Assembly (NCBI GenBank): GCA_012295275.1
Contig: CM022679.1
Span: forward strand, 28,458,001-28,522,000
Source: Chrysomallon squamiferum
Lineage: Eukaryota > Animalia > Mollusca
DNA length: 64,000 nt
Direction: 5' to 3'
The notes under the pieces were generated by a model. The model ran no database searches and was not told the DNA's origin. It worked only from the letters and a program-made list of their open reading frames with translations. Positions within the stretch are counted from its first letter, which is position 1; the number at the start of each line of letters is the position of its first letter. This document shows, one piece after another, positions 49,051 through 64,000 of this stretch. The position numbers and the translations under genes were made by a program.

Positions 49051-49314
49051 GGTGCATCTAAATGGGTCAGATTACTGGACAGAGTATGAAAACTGTCTTT
49101 GGAAAATTTGTGTTCAAAAAATTTACAAAACTTATAAATATGAATTTGTTAATAAATCTACATCAAAATGATGATTATCACTGGAAATATGAATGAGAAC
49201 AACAGCAATAATTAAATAAATAAATAAATAATGTTGAAAAAAAATAATGATAATAGTAATGCCAATGATGATGTAGATGATTAGATTGACGATGATAATG
49301 TGATGATGATGATA

Positions 49315-49346
<32 letters not shown>

Positions 49347-49394
49347 GATGATGATGATGATGAATAATATAAAATAATAATAATAATAATGATG

Positions 49395-49472
<78 letters not shown>

Positions 49473-49833
49473 TAAAATCAGAAATCTTGTACGAAGTACA
49501 TATTTGATCAAATACACCATCTACGCGATAATAAAATTATACTAATGTAACCGCACGTGCGATGGAGTAACTAACCGTTACGTAAAAACAGGTGTAATGG
49601 GATAAATCTGGCAGAGAACACAACGTCTGCATGAGATAAAAATAAATACAGCTCAGCTGCGCGCTGTGTAATTATTATAATGATAGAAGTTTGTTAACAC
49701 GTGTGCAATAATTTTACTTATTTATTTTTTAATTTTCAATTAATAAATTTAACTGATAAATAAGCTAATTAGTTAAATATGTTGTAATAATAATAATAAT
49801 AATAATAATAATAGTAAAAACAAGAGCAACCAC

Positions 49834-49872
<39 letters not shown>

Positions 49873-50029
49873 TGTTATATTATTATTATTATTATTATTA
49901 TTAAATTAATTAAAATAGTTAATGAAGAAATACATATAGTGATTATACACAATACATTTTAATACTAATTATAAATAAATAAGAACAGCATCAGTAGCAA
50001 CAATATACAAATCAATATACATATACACA

Positions 50030-50067
<38 letters not shown>

Positions 50068-50814
50068 CACACACACACACATACACACACATACACACAC
50101 AGTCACACACACACACACATATAGACAGACAGATAGATATCCCTTCGCATCGCTTTGAGTACATAATGCTTGTTGTATATGTTGTAAATACAATATAAAT
50201 GTTTGTTGGTTGGTATTAAGATAATGTTTCATCTAACTGATCTTTGATTAAATTAGCGCGGTGCTACATTTCCTCCTTGAAATAAAATCCAGACACTTGG
50301 ACAAAAATCGTCTGACATTTCGACCGGTGCAGACGACTGCCCTGTTACGATCACCGATGAATAATGTGTGGTCACGTGGCAATGCGAAATTGATTGACAT
50401 CTCCCTGGGATGTTCATTGTTTGTGACGTTTGTGAAATGTCAAACACTGGGCAGATATGCGCAAGAGGCCAAAGGTTACGTCATTCATTTTGGGATAGCG
50501 TGCGCACGTGCTTGGCTGAGTTGTTGTTTTAGCGCCGTTACTAATGACGTGTTCGACTGGACAGGCGTCCGAGCACGCGCCAAAAGTGCATCTTGCGTTG
50601 AACGAAATGTCCTTTTCTGGCAAAGTGGCTGAAAGTAATGTGAAAGTAATTGTCCCTGGTGTGACAACCGCACATGTTCAAATAACTGTGTAACACTTTA
50701 AAAATGTGTAACTTGGTTACATCCCGTCAAATTCAGATCAGATATTTAACCCGAGCCTGTGTTTAAACTGGGTTATATTACGTGGTACTGAATTTTAAAT
50801 TAGATGATGATGAC

Positions 50815-50880
<66 letters not shown>

Positions 50881-52070
50881 CCCCAACAAATATTTTACTT
50901 TTGAAATAATATGCTTAAATCACCTAGAATGAAAATCATTGTTTGATATAAATGCTATACATGGATGTAAATTTAAGTATAAAGTTTTAATTAAATATAT
51001 GTGCATGTATCATACTTATAGATTTTCAACATATGATTTAAACGTATATTTAACAATATGAATTTTTTTTTTATAAAAAGTAAATTATAAATTTATAAAT
51101 ACAAAAAATTGTATTTATAGTACTCTTCCCTCCATGTTGAAATTTAATATTATTCTACAAAGGCCATATCTTTGTTTAATATATATTATCACACATATAT
51201 TATCATCATCATTTTCACATTGTTAATAAAACCACTGATAATTATATGAAGAAAATGTTATTAATAATAAATAATTAATAAATAATTTAGTTATTAATAT
51301 ACAGGCTTTGTATATTACGTTCTAAAATGTTTATGTAAGCAATAATTATTTATTCCATTACTTTTATTAATGGAAAAAAAAAAAAAAAAATTGAAAGTAA
51401 AAAAAAAAAAAAAAGAATAAATAAATAAATAATAATTTTAAAAAAATTAAGAAAACTTAATATTGATTTTATTGACATTTTTTCACGATTACAAATGCTT
51501 AAAAAGTCATTACTGATAATATAACAAGAAAGCTTAATTGAAAACTATTTTCATTCAACGTAATTATATGCGCATAAGCGACAGTTCAAATTATCATAAA
51601 GCTTGCATAAATTATGATAATGCAAGCGTAAACGTACAATTCGTTTGAAATGATTACAGCGCAATGCAAATTACCATAATGTGGCATGAATTATAGTAAT
51701 ACGATTTCAGTGATTGTAATGAGTGTGTCTAAATTCACAATCATCAGTTAATTTTAATCGCTAATTCGATTCTTTTATTCTTTAATCTGCCCTGGGATTG
51801 CGCGTCGCTTTTAACGCGCTAATGTCGTTATTCCAGCACAATTGTGTCTGCAGAGAAACGCGTCAATTTCAGTTCCCCTTTCACACGTAAAGTGTCTAAA
51901 TCTGTTAATCTGCTTAAGATTAGTTGCGTAACAGTGCATGCATTGTGCGCGGATAAATGAAACAGAAAATGTAAGTCAAAGAGCAAAAGAATTTCACGTC
52001 TTATGACAGCTGGTAATGTTAGGTGTGTTTAGAATGGATTACGTTTGGTTTAGAAAATAAGAATTGAAAG

Positions 52071-52152
<82 letters not shown>

Positions 52153-52336
52153 TCTCAGATAGGTTAAAGAATTAGATTTTGTTGACATATGAGAAAATTA
52201 TTACAAATATAAAATAAGATATTCACAAAAAATAATTATAGTTTTGTCAGTTAAAATAAATTTAAAGAAATATACAAAAACAAAGAAAAAAGAAACAAAA
52301 ACAACATTATAAGTAAATAAGTAATTAAGTAAGTAA

Positions 52337-52374
<38 letters not shown>

Positions 52375-54657
52375 ATTTTGATTCTTGAATCAATTTTTAA
52401 TTATTTATTTTTTTATTTACTATTTTTAATCTCTCTCTCATGCATAGTGTTTACAAAAATATATCAGTTTATTATATTACACTCATTATAATAATATTAA
52501 ATTACAAAAATAAAATTAAAAACAAAAAACCAGTATTAAAATACAAAAATAAAATTAAAACAAAAAACAAACAAAAAAACCCCACTTTTTCCCTTACATC
52601 AAGAAAAAACAGCTGTACTGTCATTAGACAATGAACTGTATGCGAGTGAAGATAAAAAACCTATCACACACAGCTACAGGTTGTAGTAACAAACAGACGC
52701 CTCTTTCTGAATAAAACCCAGGAAGCGTGAGAAAGACGTGTTGCTAATTGGTGCGGGTGTGTTCACATTATCAAGCAGACGATAACAGTTGTTAATTACT
52801 GGGTGTGACACTGACTTGACCCATTGTTTTGTAGTTTTTAATTAACACCATGTCATGTTTTACAAAGTCACAGCTTTGCCTCTCAACACAGACCTAGAGG
52901 CAGGTAGAGTACTGCATTGCAGCTATTATATATATATATGGGTGTATGTGTGTATGTATATAATGTTAATGATAAATGATATATATATATGTATATTCTG
53001 GTAGCACATCTTGATTCTGGACTCATAATCACATAAATGTTTGTGATATTACAAAAAGAGCTGTTTGAAATGTAAAATTATATTTATTAATACGTTACAA
53101 CACAAATAAAAGTTTCAAAACTGCAAAGTCATAGCTGAATGAAAAAAAAAAAGATTTGTCATCTATCAGATTCCATTGTAATTATAGTGTATCACAGGTA
53201 CAGTGTTCACGTAATCTGTTTTTAACCTGCAGTTCCTGTCATTTGTTACAGTCAGATATTCACAGGTTACATATTTCATGACAAAAATATCTTGGAAAAT
53301 TTATCCAAGGGTTTGTTAGTAAGGTTAAAAAGCCGGTAAGAATGTACACGTATCAATTAGGATGGAAAACAATAAACGATATATTATAATAAATTTGAAA
53401 GGAGATAAAAAATAATTTAATTAGATATTACAAAGACGTAGGGGAAAAAAAAGACGCAAACTTGTATAAATTCCTTTTCTTGGTCGAAAGCGTCTGACAC
53501 GTAAATGAACTTGAGATATTTTTGTAACTAAATATTTATCTAGTGTAGCTGTGTATTAAAACATTTCTTCACAACCTCAGCCATTAGCATTAAACATTAG
53601 ACACATGAAAGCACAACACAGATGACCTCCATAGAGTTAATTTCTTGACGTTTGTGTGAACGTTACCTCCACAATATTCAGTTCTCTCTTGAGTCACTCC
53701 TTTTCTGTTTTCTATAATTAAAAAAAAACACGGATGGCGCGGTTCTGTAATTAATAATGCTGGTAATAAATGCACTGCTAAGTGGGAAAGAGGAGAACAC
53801 ACAGCGCGTTCTCACACTCTCGTTCAGGTATTTGACACAGGTTAGATTTGACAGCTGTTGATTAAATTCCACAGCGAGTGTTCCTCTTTATCATAACTGT
53901 TCCACAGCTGACGACAGGATTGTCATACCTTTTTTATAATACCACCAACACAATGCTGCAACAATATAGTCATCATCAGTAATGAAAACGATAATGATAA
54001 TAATAATAATAATCATAATGATGATGATGATAATGATGATAATAATAATAATGAATAATAATAATAATCATAATGATGATGATAATAATGATAATAATAA
54101 TAATGATAATGATGATGATGATAATAATGATAATAAAAAAAAAAAAAAAGATGTCTGATAAAGAATATAATGATTTAAAAAATAATTTAAAAATAATCCT
54201 ATAATAATAAAGACATCTTTAAAAGCAAAACATCAAGTACAACAAAATAAATAAATAAATAAATAAATAAATGTAAAAATCCTTGCGGATTAAAATTTTA
54301 TATTTCATCCACAAAACCAGAAACAATGTAAAGATGTAAGATTTGTCCTGATTCACTGCTGAGCAGTTTTCAGAATCTACTGCACTGACATCTGAGGTTA
54401 GAATTGATGCAAGGGGAAATTAAGTGTGACCCACCTTTTCTAGCCTGTGTGTGGTTGTCCAGGTGAAAACTGATTTGGTCAGCATGTGTAAATAAGGACA
54501 CTAGAAGTTACAAGAAGAGCAATGATGATACTTTCATCTCGTCAGCTTTGTTTTAGTGCAGTACAGAAATAACTTAAACATCTTTTTATATCTGTGTCAG
54601 AGCTTGGGATATTGGCGTTAGTATAGTTACTATATAAACTGTTTTATTTTAGTATAA

Positions 54658-54760
<103 letters not shown>

Positions 54761-57011
54761 ATTTCATGATTACAGTTATGTATCATATAATTAATTATAA
54801 GACATCAATATCTAATTACTTCGCTTGATACATTTTATTGTTTAACCAAATAATGTGAGTGAACTTTCGTATTGCTAGATTAGTTATTCTACTGGTTAAA
54901 AATAAACACATTTATACATACACCCAAAGACACATGCTCGTTTACGTATACAAACATACATACGTACACTCATACAGATGCCTGCATATTTATTGGCTGT
55001 TCAAACATCTATAATGCATAAGTGGTGTGTTAATATAATTTTATAAATAAACACTAAAAATAGCTGATGCCTGTATTTTATATCTGTACGTGTAGATAAC
55101 GCAAGCTGCGAAGGAACAGAATAATAGTCTGACTTATTTTATGAGTATGCACTGTGCACATGCATACATCATCTTATAATGGAAATGTTAAAGAGAAAAA
55201 TACTCGAAAAGCCCATAGGAATGAACGGACTCGAAATATTCCCAGAGGAAAAAAATCAATTATTATTCTAATTCATACATGCAGACAGTTTAAAAGGATT
55301 AATCTACGATAGAAATAAAATCTACACCTCTTTTTATTATTTCCATCAATGGACAGATTGTATGGCTCGTTTACTATTCCTAATTCTTACAGAGGAGATT
55401 TCTACAAGTTTTTCCAAAATGATTTATCTTGCCCATTGACATACATACAATAGTTCCCCTTTATTTTGATCGGTTCTTGTGCAGGTGGCGTTATTTACAG
55501 TCTTGACTAAACCATAAATCTTGTAGGCACTTCGAGAAGCCAGGTGCGGCCTGTGAAATTGCGAGTATTAGACTCATATAGAGCCGTGACTGGTGAAATA
55601 ACAGTTGTTTCGTTTGTAATTAACAAAAATCTTTTCCTAATTAAACTTTTCTCCTCTTTCATGCAGTAATTTAGAGCAGTTGTTTGTCATATCTATCTAT
55701 CAATCTATCTATGTGTGTGTATATATATAAAATATAGATAGATAGATAGAGACAGATAGAAAGACAGACAGACAGACAGACAGACAGAGAGAGAGAAAAG
55801 ATTTCAATATTATAATAATGAAAAAATATAAAAATGTATTTAAAGAAAATGTAAAAGGCTTATGGAGATACGCAATACATTTGTTTGTCTTGTTGGCACT
55901 GTTTTTTTCTCTCTCTCTCAATTTGTCTTTCTCTCTATCTCTCGCTCTCTTTTTTACCAATTTATTTCGCTAATTCCAACAGTAATGCAGATCATTTTAA
56001 ATTACACGTATGAAAATGGAAACATTTGATAGTTCAGTTTCATGTAACACAACCTTTTAATAACTTGCACTAAATCTTCCGGTGTTCAAAGAAAAAAGCT
56101 CCAGTCGTGAAAAGTGGCCACACTAAACGAAATCTGTTCAAAGACTTATTTGCTTCAATTAATCCGCTTACCCCAAACGCCAACAATGCGCACGTCAAAA
56201 CATTTTCGTTTCCATGTGAATAAAAATAGAATTTCTATGAAACGGAAGCGGATTCGATTTATTAGCAATTTTATGCTCTTTTACGCTCGATTAATTGCCT
56301 GCTACTATTTCTTTTGATACACTGCCTTGTTCACCTATCTTTGAAATGGGACACGCATACAGGTAGACTACACCCGGTTTTATTCATACCGTCACCTTTT
56401 TTAATTAGGATGGAACGAAGCACTTACACGCCTAGCTCACCCACCCTGTGGTGGGTCCATTTGAACTTTTATTCACGTTTTGATTTTTTTTTTCCCCCTC
56501 TGTATCGAATCTCCATGGAATCATGATTTCATTTGAATAGAAAGTGTTTTCGAAAATTTCCCAAATCGCTGGCATTATGAAGATACAATATCAAACAATC
56601 TCGACAGCAGTCGTTCATGTGTCTCATTCTGTTAAATAAAAATGGTGTAAAATGTTTAAAGGGAATCACTCGGTTATTCTGACATTAAATGGATCCGCAC
56701 AACAGAGCTGGCCGACATTAAAATGTCATTACGTTGGTAATAGTGAAAGGCGAAGAAGAAAGATCAGTTCAATTTCGTGTATATTAAACTCATAAATCAC
56801 TGAAAATGTTTAAATATAATAACATTGCACAATGCGCATGAAATGTTCATGTGTTACATGGGTGGCCAACTTTGACAATTTTAGATATGGCTACGTTTGC
56901 GTGTTTCTCTACACATTTTTATTTTTTATTTACTTTTTTCTTTGACAGCGGATTATATGTTACAGGTAAAGTTGTGCATATATTTCGAATTGCATGAATG
57001 AATGTGTGTAT

Positions 57012-57159
<148 letters not shown>

Positions 57160-58464
57160 CAATGTGTAAGAGAAACGTTACTAAGATAATGTTGTTTCTA
57201 AAACAACTACAGTTATATGCTATGGTACCTGCCGCTGTACACTGAAACATTCATAAAACACTTATATCTTTCGACAGTTGTCAGACGTTTTAAAGAGAAG
57301 CCAGTGTGTTTTGACACGCGAGCTGATCGGTTTGGTTGCGCGCTGTAAAATGAAGAGATAACATCAACGAACGCCCAGGCAAATGGCATCACGTTTTTTT
57401 CATCATCATCATCATCGTCATCTCGACAGCGATAAGGTCTAAATATACTGTTACGATTAGCAGCTAATGTTTTAACACCGCCAGCAGACGTTCATTGTCT
57501 TCTTTCGGCGATATCCCTCCCTCATGGTGCGCTAACTACTGCAGATGGCGCTGATAGTCTTCGCGCCCCGGTTTCCCTCCCATCGTGGAGCGCTAACTGC
57601 CTCGGAAGCTGCGTCTCGCTCAGCAAATGGCCAGTTTCCATCTGCGTGATAGGCCGCTGTATCGCGTCTCGCCTGTTAGAACGAGCGAGTCGCGGCGCTG
57701 ATACACGCAGCCTGTCTTGTTTCCAGCCAACAACACATGTCCTGCTCGGGTCTGCTGTGCCGCAGATAAACTCATCTGAAGTTACTTTTCCCTCAACCGT
57801 TGTAGCTTGTGTTACCCGATAACTTTTCTTTTTCTCAAACTGCACTTCCAGTTTGGCTTGCAGATAGAGAGAGATACTTCCGTGACGTCATTTTCTTCAA
57901 CTGTGACGAATATGTCTGAGAAAACGTGTATGACGTTACTATCGCTTCCTCGCTAAAACTATCGTCGGAGTTATCTCAGGAGATATTTTATCTTGCGTAA
58001 CTCTTGAAGTTGCATTAGAAATAGCTTTATCTGAGAAATAAGTGAAACCAGCGTTAAAGATATTTTTTGACGGTCTTGCTGTTGATTAACCGTTGACGTT
58101 TGTCTTAAAGGCAGTTTTAGTGGTTGTTGAAGTCAGATATAGCACAAGTTACACCGACGTCCGTTTGTACTATAGAGATTTCTCTTTATCCGCTGAAACT
58201 TTCGTTAACGATGGCTGATAATGAGCTTAATTTATTGTTTTCTTCACTTTAATTGCAACATATTTATCATCATCATCATCATCATCATTATTATTATTAT
58301 TATTACTGTTGTTATTATTATTATTTAGTGTAGTAATAGCAGTAGTAGTAGTAGTATTGTTGTTGTTTTTGTTGCCGCTGTTAAATATTGAAACTATGTA
58401 TGCACATAGTGATATAGACTCTGTGACATTAAACATACCTGTATAACATAGACTCCGAGAATAA

Positions 58465-58559
<95 letters not shown>

Positions 58560-58565
58560 AAGAAT

Positions 58566-58636
<71 letters not shown>

Positions 58637-59157
58637 CTTTCACTTAATTGCCAAACAAGTGCACAGTTTCAGATAATACTTTTAACCCCAGTTTAAACCT
58701 TTGCGAAAACACCTACTAAAAGAGGTTGACACAGAACATTTGATCCTCAAGTGGGTAGATAAATTTATAACCTAGCAATCCTCGCCTAATTTTTACTTTT
58801 GTTAGTATTCACGCACACGCACAAATACAGATACTAACATATACACAGTCACACATATATAATACCACATACACATATACTTGAACACACGTACGTACAT
58901 ACAAAGTAACAGATAGACTAGTATGTTAACTATCTCGGTGTTGGTTTTAACGTGTTTACTGACGACAGTCTAGGTGTATCAGGAGAACGGGTGATATCAC
59001 TTCTCACAATTCACAAATGTTCCAATTAGCGGCAGGAAAAACAAACTGTGGAATGTCAGCCCCGCTATCATAACTCGTCCCATAATCTAAAAACAAAACA
59101 ATATTCTCATTCCTCAAGAACATGAAGCTGTACAGTTATGTTAATAGATAACAAATA

Positions 59158-59273
<116 letters not shown>

Positions 59274-59289
59274 CGCTGTCTCTCTCTCG

Positions 59290-59322
<33 letters not shown>

Positions 59323-59420
59323 GCTCTCTCACACACACACACACTGCCGGTTCCATACTTGTATAACATATTATATATATATATAATCTTTGTTAGTTTG
59401 AAAATTTCAAAGTTTTTTTA

Positions 59421-59462
<42 letters not shown>

Positions 59463-59928
59463 GTTATCATTATTATTAATTTTAGTAGCAGTGTGTTTAG
59501 TTAATGTTATAGTAACAGCAGTAATTGTAGTAATGGTGGTGGTAATAGCAGTAGCAGTAGAAGTAGTAGTAGCAGTAGTAGTACTAATAGTAGTAGCAGC
59601 AGAGTATCAGTAGACGTAGCGTTCGCAGTAATAGCAGTACTGAAAGTAACATCATCATTTTATCATTATTACTACTACTACTAGAGCTGCTAGTAGTGAT
59701 ACTACTACTACTACAACAACTACTGCTATTATTATTATTATAATAACTGTGTTTCTACGAAGTGATCCAAATTTTAATTAGGTAAATCTGATAATCTACA
59801 GTTTCAACAAGTAATGAATGTCAAAGCAAATGTTCTTGTTGCTTGACATAAAAAAAACATCTTTCACAATCTGATTGCCTTTCCTAAGTGTATGTGTATC
59901 TTTTCCACCAAAGCAACAATAAACAAAC

Positions 59929-59966
<38 letters not shown>

Positions 59967-61878
59967 AGAAAACAAAACAAAGCGATTAGTCGGTTCGTCT
60001 GTAATTTGTACCCTATGACAAATTACTTTAGTAGTCTATTATTATTGAAATTGTAGTAAGAAAAGAGGACACTGGATTATAAGTCTTACATTACCTACAA
60101 TAATAGCGAGCTTGTGTCGTAATCTTTCGTCTTTAAGACCGGGCTGTGTATCACACGACACTATAAACTAATACACCGGTCTACGGTTACTTCGGGTTCG
60201 TTGGTGGTCGTCGGTAATCAAAACCAAATTCCGTGAGAGATCGTTTTTAATTTTTTTTTTTTTTTTTTTTTTTAAAAAAAAGATTATTCGTTGCTCTGTT
60301 ATTTTATGCTAGGAATCTTGCTTTATTTTTATGGAGCGTATATATATAAGAATTTTAATCTATTATTAGTTTAGTTTCGTATCAGTTCTAAATACGATGT
60401 CTGTAATTAGAAATGAACAGTGGTCGTCTGCTACAAGTCTTCTTTGCTGTTCTGTTAGTTTAAAATTAATATTGGTTGAAATTTATTCTTCTGTTTAAAA
60501 TAAAAATAAAAAAGTAAATAAATAAACCAAAAAAAAAAAAAAAAAAAAAAAAAAAATAATAATAATAAGAAGAAGAAGAAGAAGAAAAAAAATAATAATA
60601 ACAAAAAAATAAAATAAAATAAAATAAAATAAAATAAAATAAAATAAAATAAAATAAATAAAACACGAACTGAATAGAAAAAAAGATAGTGTTGCTAGTT
60701 CCTATAATCACTAAGAACGCACTTACATGTGTACTCATACACAAAACTGAACCTGAGATCACGTGTGTGTTTGTCATTCTGTCTGATTCTGAATTTTTAA
60801 TGTTTTGTGTTTGTTTTGTATTTTTTTCTCTTTCTCACACCAGCGGTGACACAAACTAACACACATATCAACTGACACATGTTTGTGGAATCCTGCAGGC
60901 AATATGGATGCTAATCTAGACCTCCTTCCAGTGTATCAGTTCATGTTTATTTGTATAATTGTGTTTCGAAAAGTATATATTTACACCATCTTCCTTCTCA
61001 GGGCCGGTTCTAGATCTACCCTTAGTAGCGTCTGTGCGTGCGTGCGTATGTGCGTGGAAGTACGTTTCAGATATGAAAACGTAGAAATCTGTAACGTTAT
61101 AGTGACTTTATACATATAAATACATCTACATGAAGAAACAGAATAAGCAAGGACAGTTATTTCACAACGTCTGAAAACTGTCGCCACACCCTGGGAGAGG
61201 TGACCATGCCCCTCCCTCCACCCCGTCCCCTGAACCCGCGCCTGACTGTGACGTGCAAAGTAAAGAAAGTTTGCTGCTCTAGGTGGTACATCAATGCATG
61301 GTCAGTCATGAGGCGTGACCACACATCTAGGACATTAAATGTGGGCTCACACCTGACCCAGCCAGACATGTCCAGTTATTAATTTGGTCTGAGAAATGTA
61401 CAAGTCAGCAGTTCAGCTGCGGCTACCACGGTGTCAGATTTCTCGAGACGACGTTGTTGTAAGTGGAAGAACTGTACACAGAACTGATACGACGTCTTAA
61501 TGTGTTCATTACTGGACGTTCCTACAACTGTCACGTCGGGGCAGACAACTCGTGTGAAGAGTGAAAGGTCGCTGGATCAAACTACGTTAGTTCTCTACAT
61601 CCAGCCAGTTTCTCACTCATAAGTCTGAACGTCATAACGTTAAAGATACTTGTCTGCTAGTTGAATAAAGTAGTCCACAGAATGACAACCGCCAGTTTTC
61701 TCTCACACAACACTGAAAAATATCATAATAATAATAATAATAATAAATGTTAAAATTAAAATACATGCATACATGCATATATGTGTGTGTGTGTGTATAT
61801 ATATATATATGTAAGGAAAGTTAAATAACGTTTTTCTATCTATGTTGCTGTTATTATTATTGTTATTACTACTACTAC

Positions 61879-61914
<36 letters not shown>

Positions 61915-64000
61915 CATCATCATCATCATCATCATTGATAGTAGTTATTTATTTATTTATTTATTTATTTTGTTGTTGCTATTTTTGTCATTATTGTTAT
62001 TTACGTATTTAGAAGAGTAACTAATGTTAAACTGATATCTTTACTTAGAGCATTAAAATAAAACTGCGTGACTTGTCAAGTCTCTGAAGGTTTGTAGACA
62101 ATTTATCAGTTTCTGGCAGCCCACTTTCATACTGGAACAAAAGTCTCAGACGTCAGTTTGAAAAACCAAACTGTTTCTTTCAATTAATACGCACATCTGT
62201 TTGTTGCAAACACAGAGGAGCGCGGTGGGAGAACAGTCTATAAATACCAAACAGAATTCTTGTCATTCTGGACTGTGTGCTCAAACAGCCATGCATTACA
62301 GTCGCGATTTTAAAGTTTTTCACTCCTGTATTCAGTCCCTCATCCATCCTTCTATTTATTCCTCCATCCCTTCATCCATACATCCTCCCTTCCATTGATC
62401 CGTCCGTCCATCCACATATCCACCCTTCCATACACCCGTCCATCCACTGTCGTGAACTAAACGGGTGTCCACCCACACGTCTCTTCAGAAGTAATAATTT
62501 TCTCACAAGTCAGGCGGGTCAAGTGTCTATCACAGTCACAACCGATATTCAATTAATTTTTGTTTACCGGTTCTCAAAGCCTGCGAGAGCAGAGATAAAA
62601 AAGACATTTTTGTTTCGTTTTGTTTTTGTGTTACGCTGCAACAGTGTGTCAAGCGACAGAAATAAACGCGCCTGCTCCACACTTTGTGAGAGCCTGGAGT
62701 AAAGTCACATCTTTTATTCGGTCGCAGTGTGTTTACATTTAGATGTTGGCGGCACATTGTTGCACGCGGTCGGAAGCCGAGTGCGGTAAACAGGTTTTTC
62801 AAAGCGAGGCTGTAGGGTGGCGAGGCAAAGAATTTCGCACCCGGAGTCACAGACATTCGTGAGTTGGCCAGCAATTATTCGCCTCATAAAGCAGACGTAT
62901 GAACGCCGTTTCGCGGGTTTCCTTCCCAACACCACAGCACAAAGGACGGACTGATATAAGGACGTCAAAATGACAAACAAATCTATCTCTGTTTTTTACA
63001 ATTTGTCACAGTCGTTTAAGCAGGGCTTGCCAGAGTCGTGAAGGAAAGAAAAAATTTAAAAAAATAAAAAAAAATGACAGAAAGAGCGTAGCTCTAAGAA
63101 CTGCACCCTGACGTACACACTCGTCTCTCAGCAAGTTGTGAAGAGGTTTACGCTTTTCATGGCCAAACAAATCCTTTTATCTGAATTGTGTAGCAAATAC
63201 TTTGGAGTTTTTTGTAAATTAGTTATGAATGTAGACGTAGACCTGTGACAAGCGAAGTAATTCTGAACATAAATTGTAATATTTTTGGCGTGTCAATAGA
63301 AATTTAATCTTCTTATACGCGGCATTCATGAAGAAAAAGGAGAATGTATTTGAGATATTTTGTTCTCGTTGGAAAAAATAAAAAATAAAAAAATCTTTTT
63401 ACTTTGATTCTAGATTTAAGATATTTTAATACTATTATTTCTATAGGACTTGTTTGCTAGAAAAATAATTTGCTTGTATTATTCACCAGAAAAAAAAAAA
63501 GAAAAAAAAAAGCTATACATATTTCTGTAGTCCTGTGTCTCCGTGTATTGCAGTTTGCTAATCACTGGTTTTGTCACCTGAGAAAATATTTATATCTTCT
63601 GTCTGACACACAGAAACATATACACTGCAATTTTCCTATCAATAAACAGAAAATATTCAAAAGGTTGTAAATGAAACGGACTTGTTTTTATTTTAATCTT
63701 CAATGGAAATATATTTTTAGATTTTGATTTTATGCTCGGCACTGTTATAGTACTTATACACTGAAATTGATTAAAATAATAGAAAATATAAGTGTAAGTA
63801 ACCCTCGATTTAAAAAACAATAACAGAAATATTTCTGTCACAAAATTAAACAGAAGACTGCGCTACATGTGGAAACATCGCACAACTTTCAAATAACACT
63901 TAACATTAAAAAACGTTAGTGACTAAAGTAACGGTCTGATGTCATATTCAGTAACTCGATATCAATATTGTGCTGTATAACGTTCGGGAAAGTGTATCGT

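Overview
AT-rich, microsatellite-dense animal genomic DNA (probably a lophotrochozoan such as a mollusc; inference). There are two genes on the + strand. (1) A polycystin-1-family (PKD1-like/REJ) gene, hand-spliced into 23 GT-AG exons from about 11605 to 31323 with compatible phases throughout, giving about 2,900 codons: PKD repeats, REJ, GAIN/GPS-like region, TM1, PLAT, then a multi-pass TRPP-type channel domain. A candidate signal-peptide exon lies at 8721-8778. (2) The large first coding exon of netrin (45351-46383), preceded by a GC-box/CCAAT/CRE promoter-like region. No further netrin exon is recognisable, so the rest of the window is probably intron. The most unusual observation is that tandem repeats in the PKD1-like gene are built from its own splice junctions. 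Exon 16 is preceded by 15 copies of its acceptor plus exon start, exon 17 by 8 copies, and exon 8 is followed by 7 copies of its donor. In both acceptor arrays only the last copy keeps the frame open and every upstream copy runs into a stop. Also notable: a GPS without the HL/T cleavage motif, a 42-bp inverted repeat bracketing a 1-kb element, and PKD1-netrin linkage that echoes human 16p13.3. Most short ORFs in the track are microsatellite translations.
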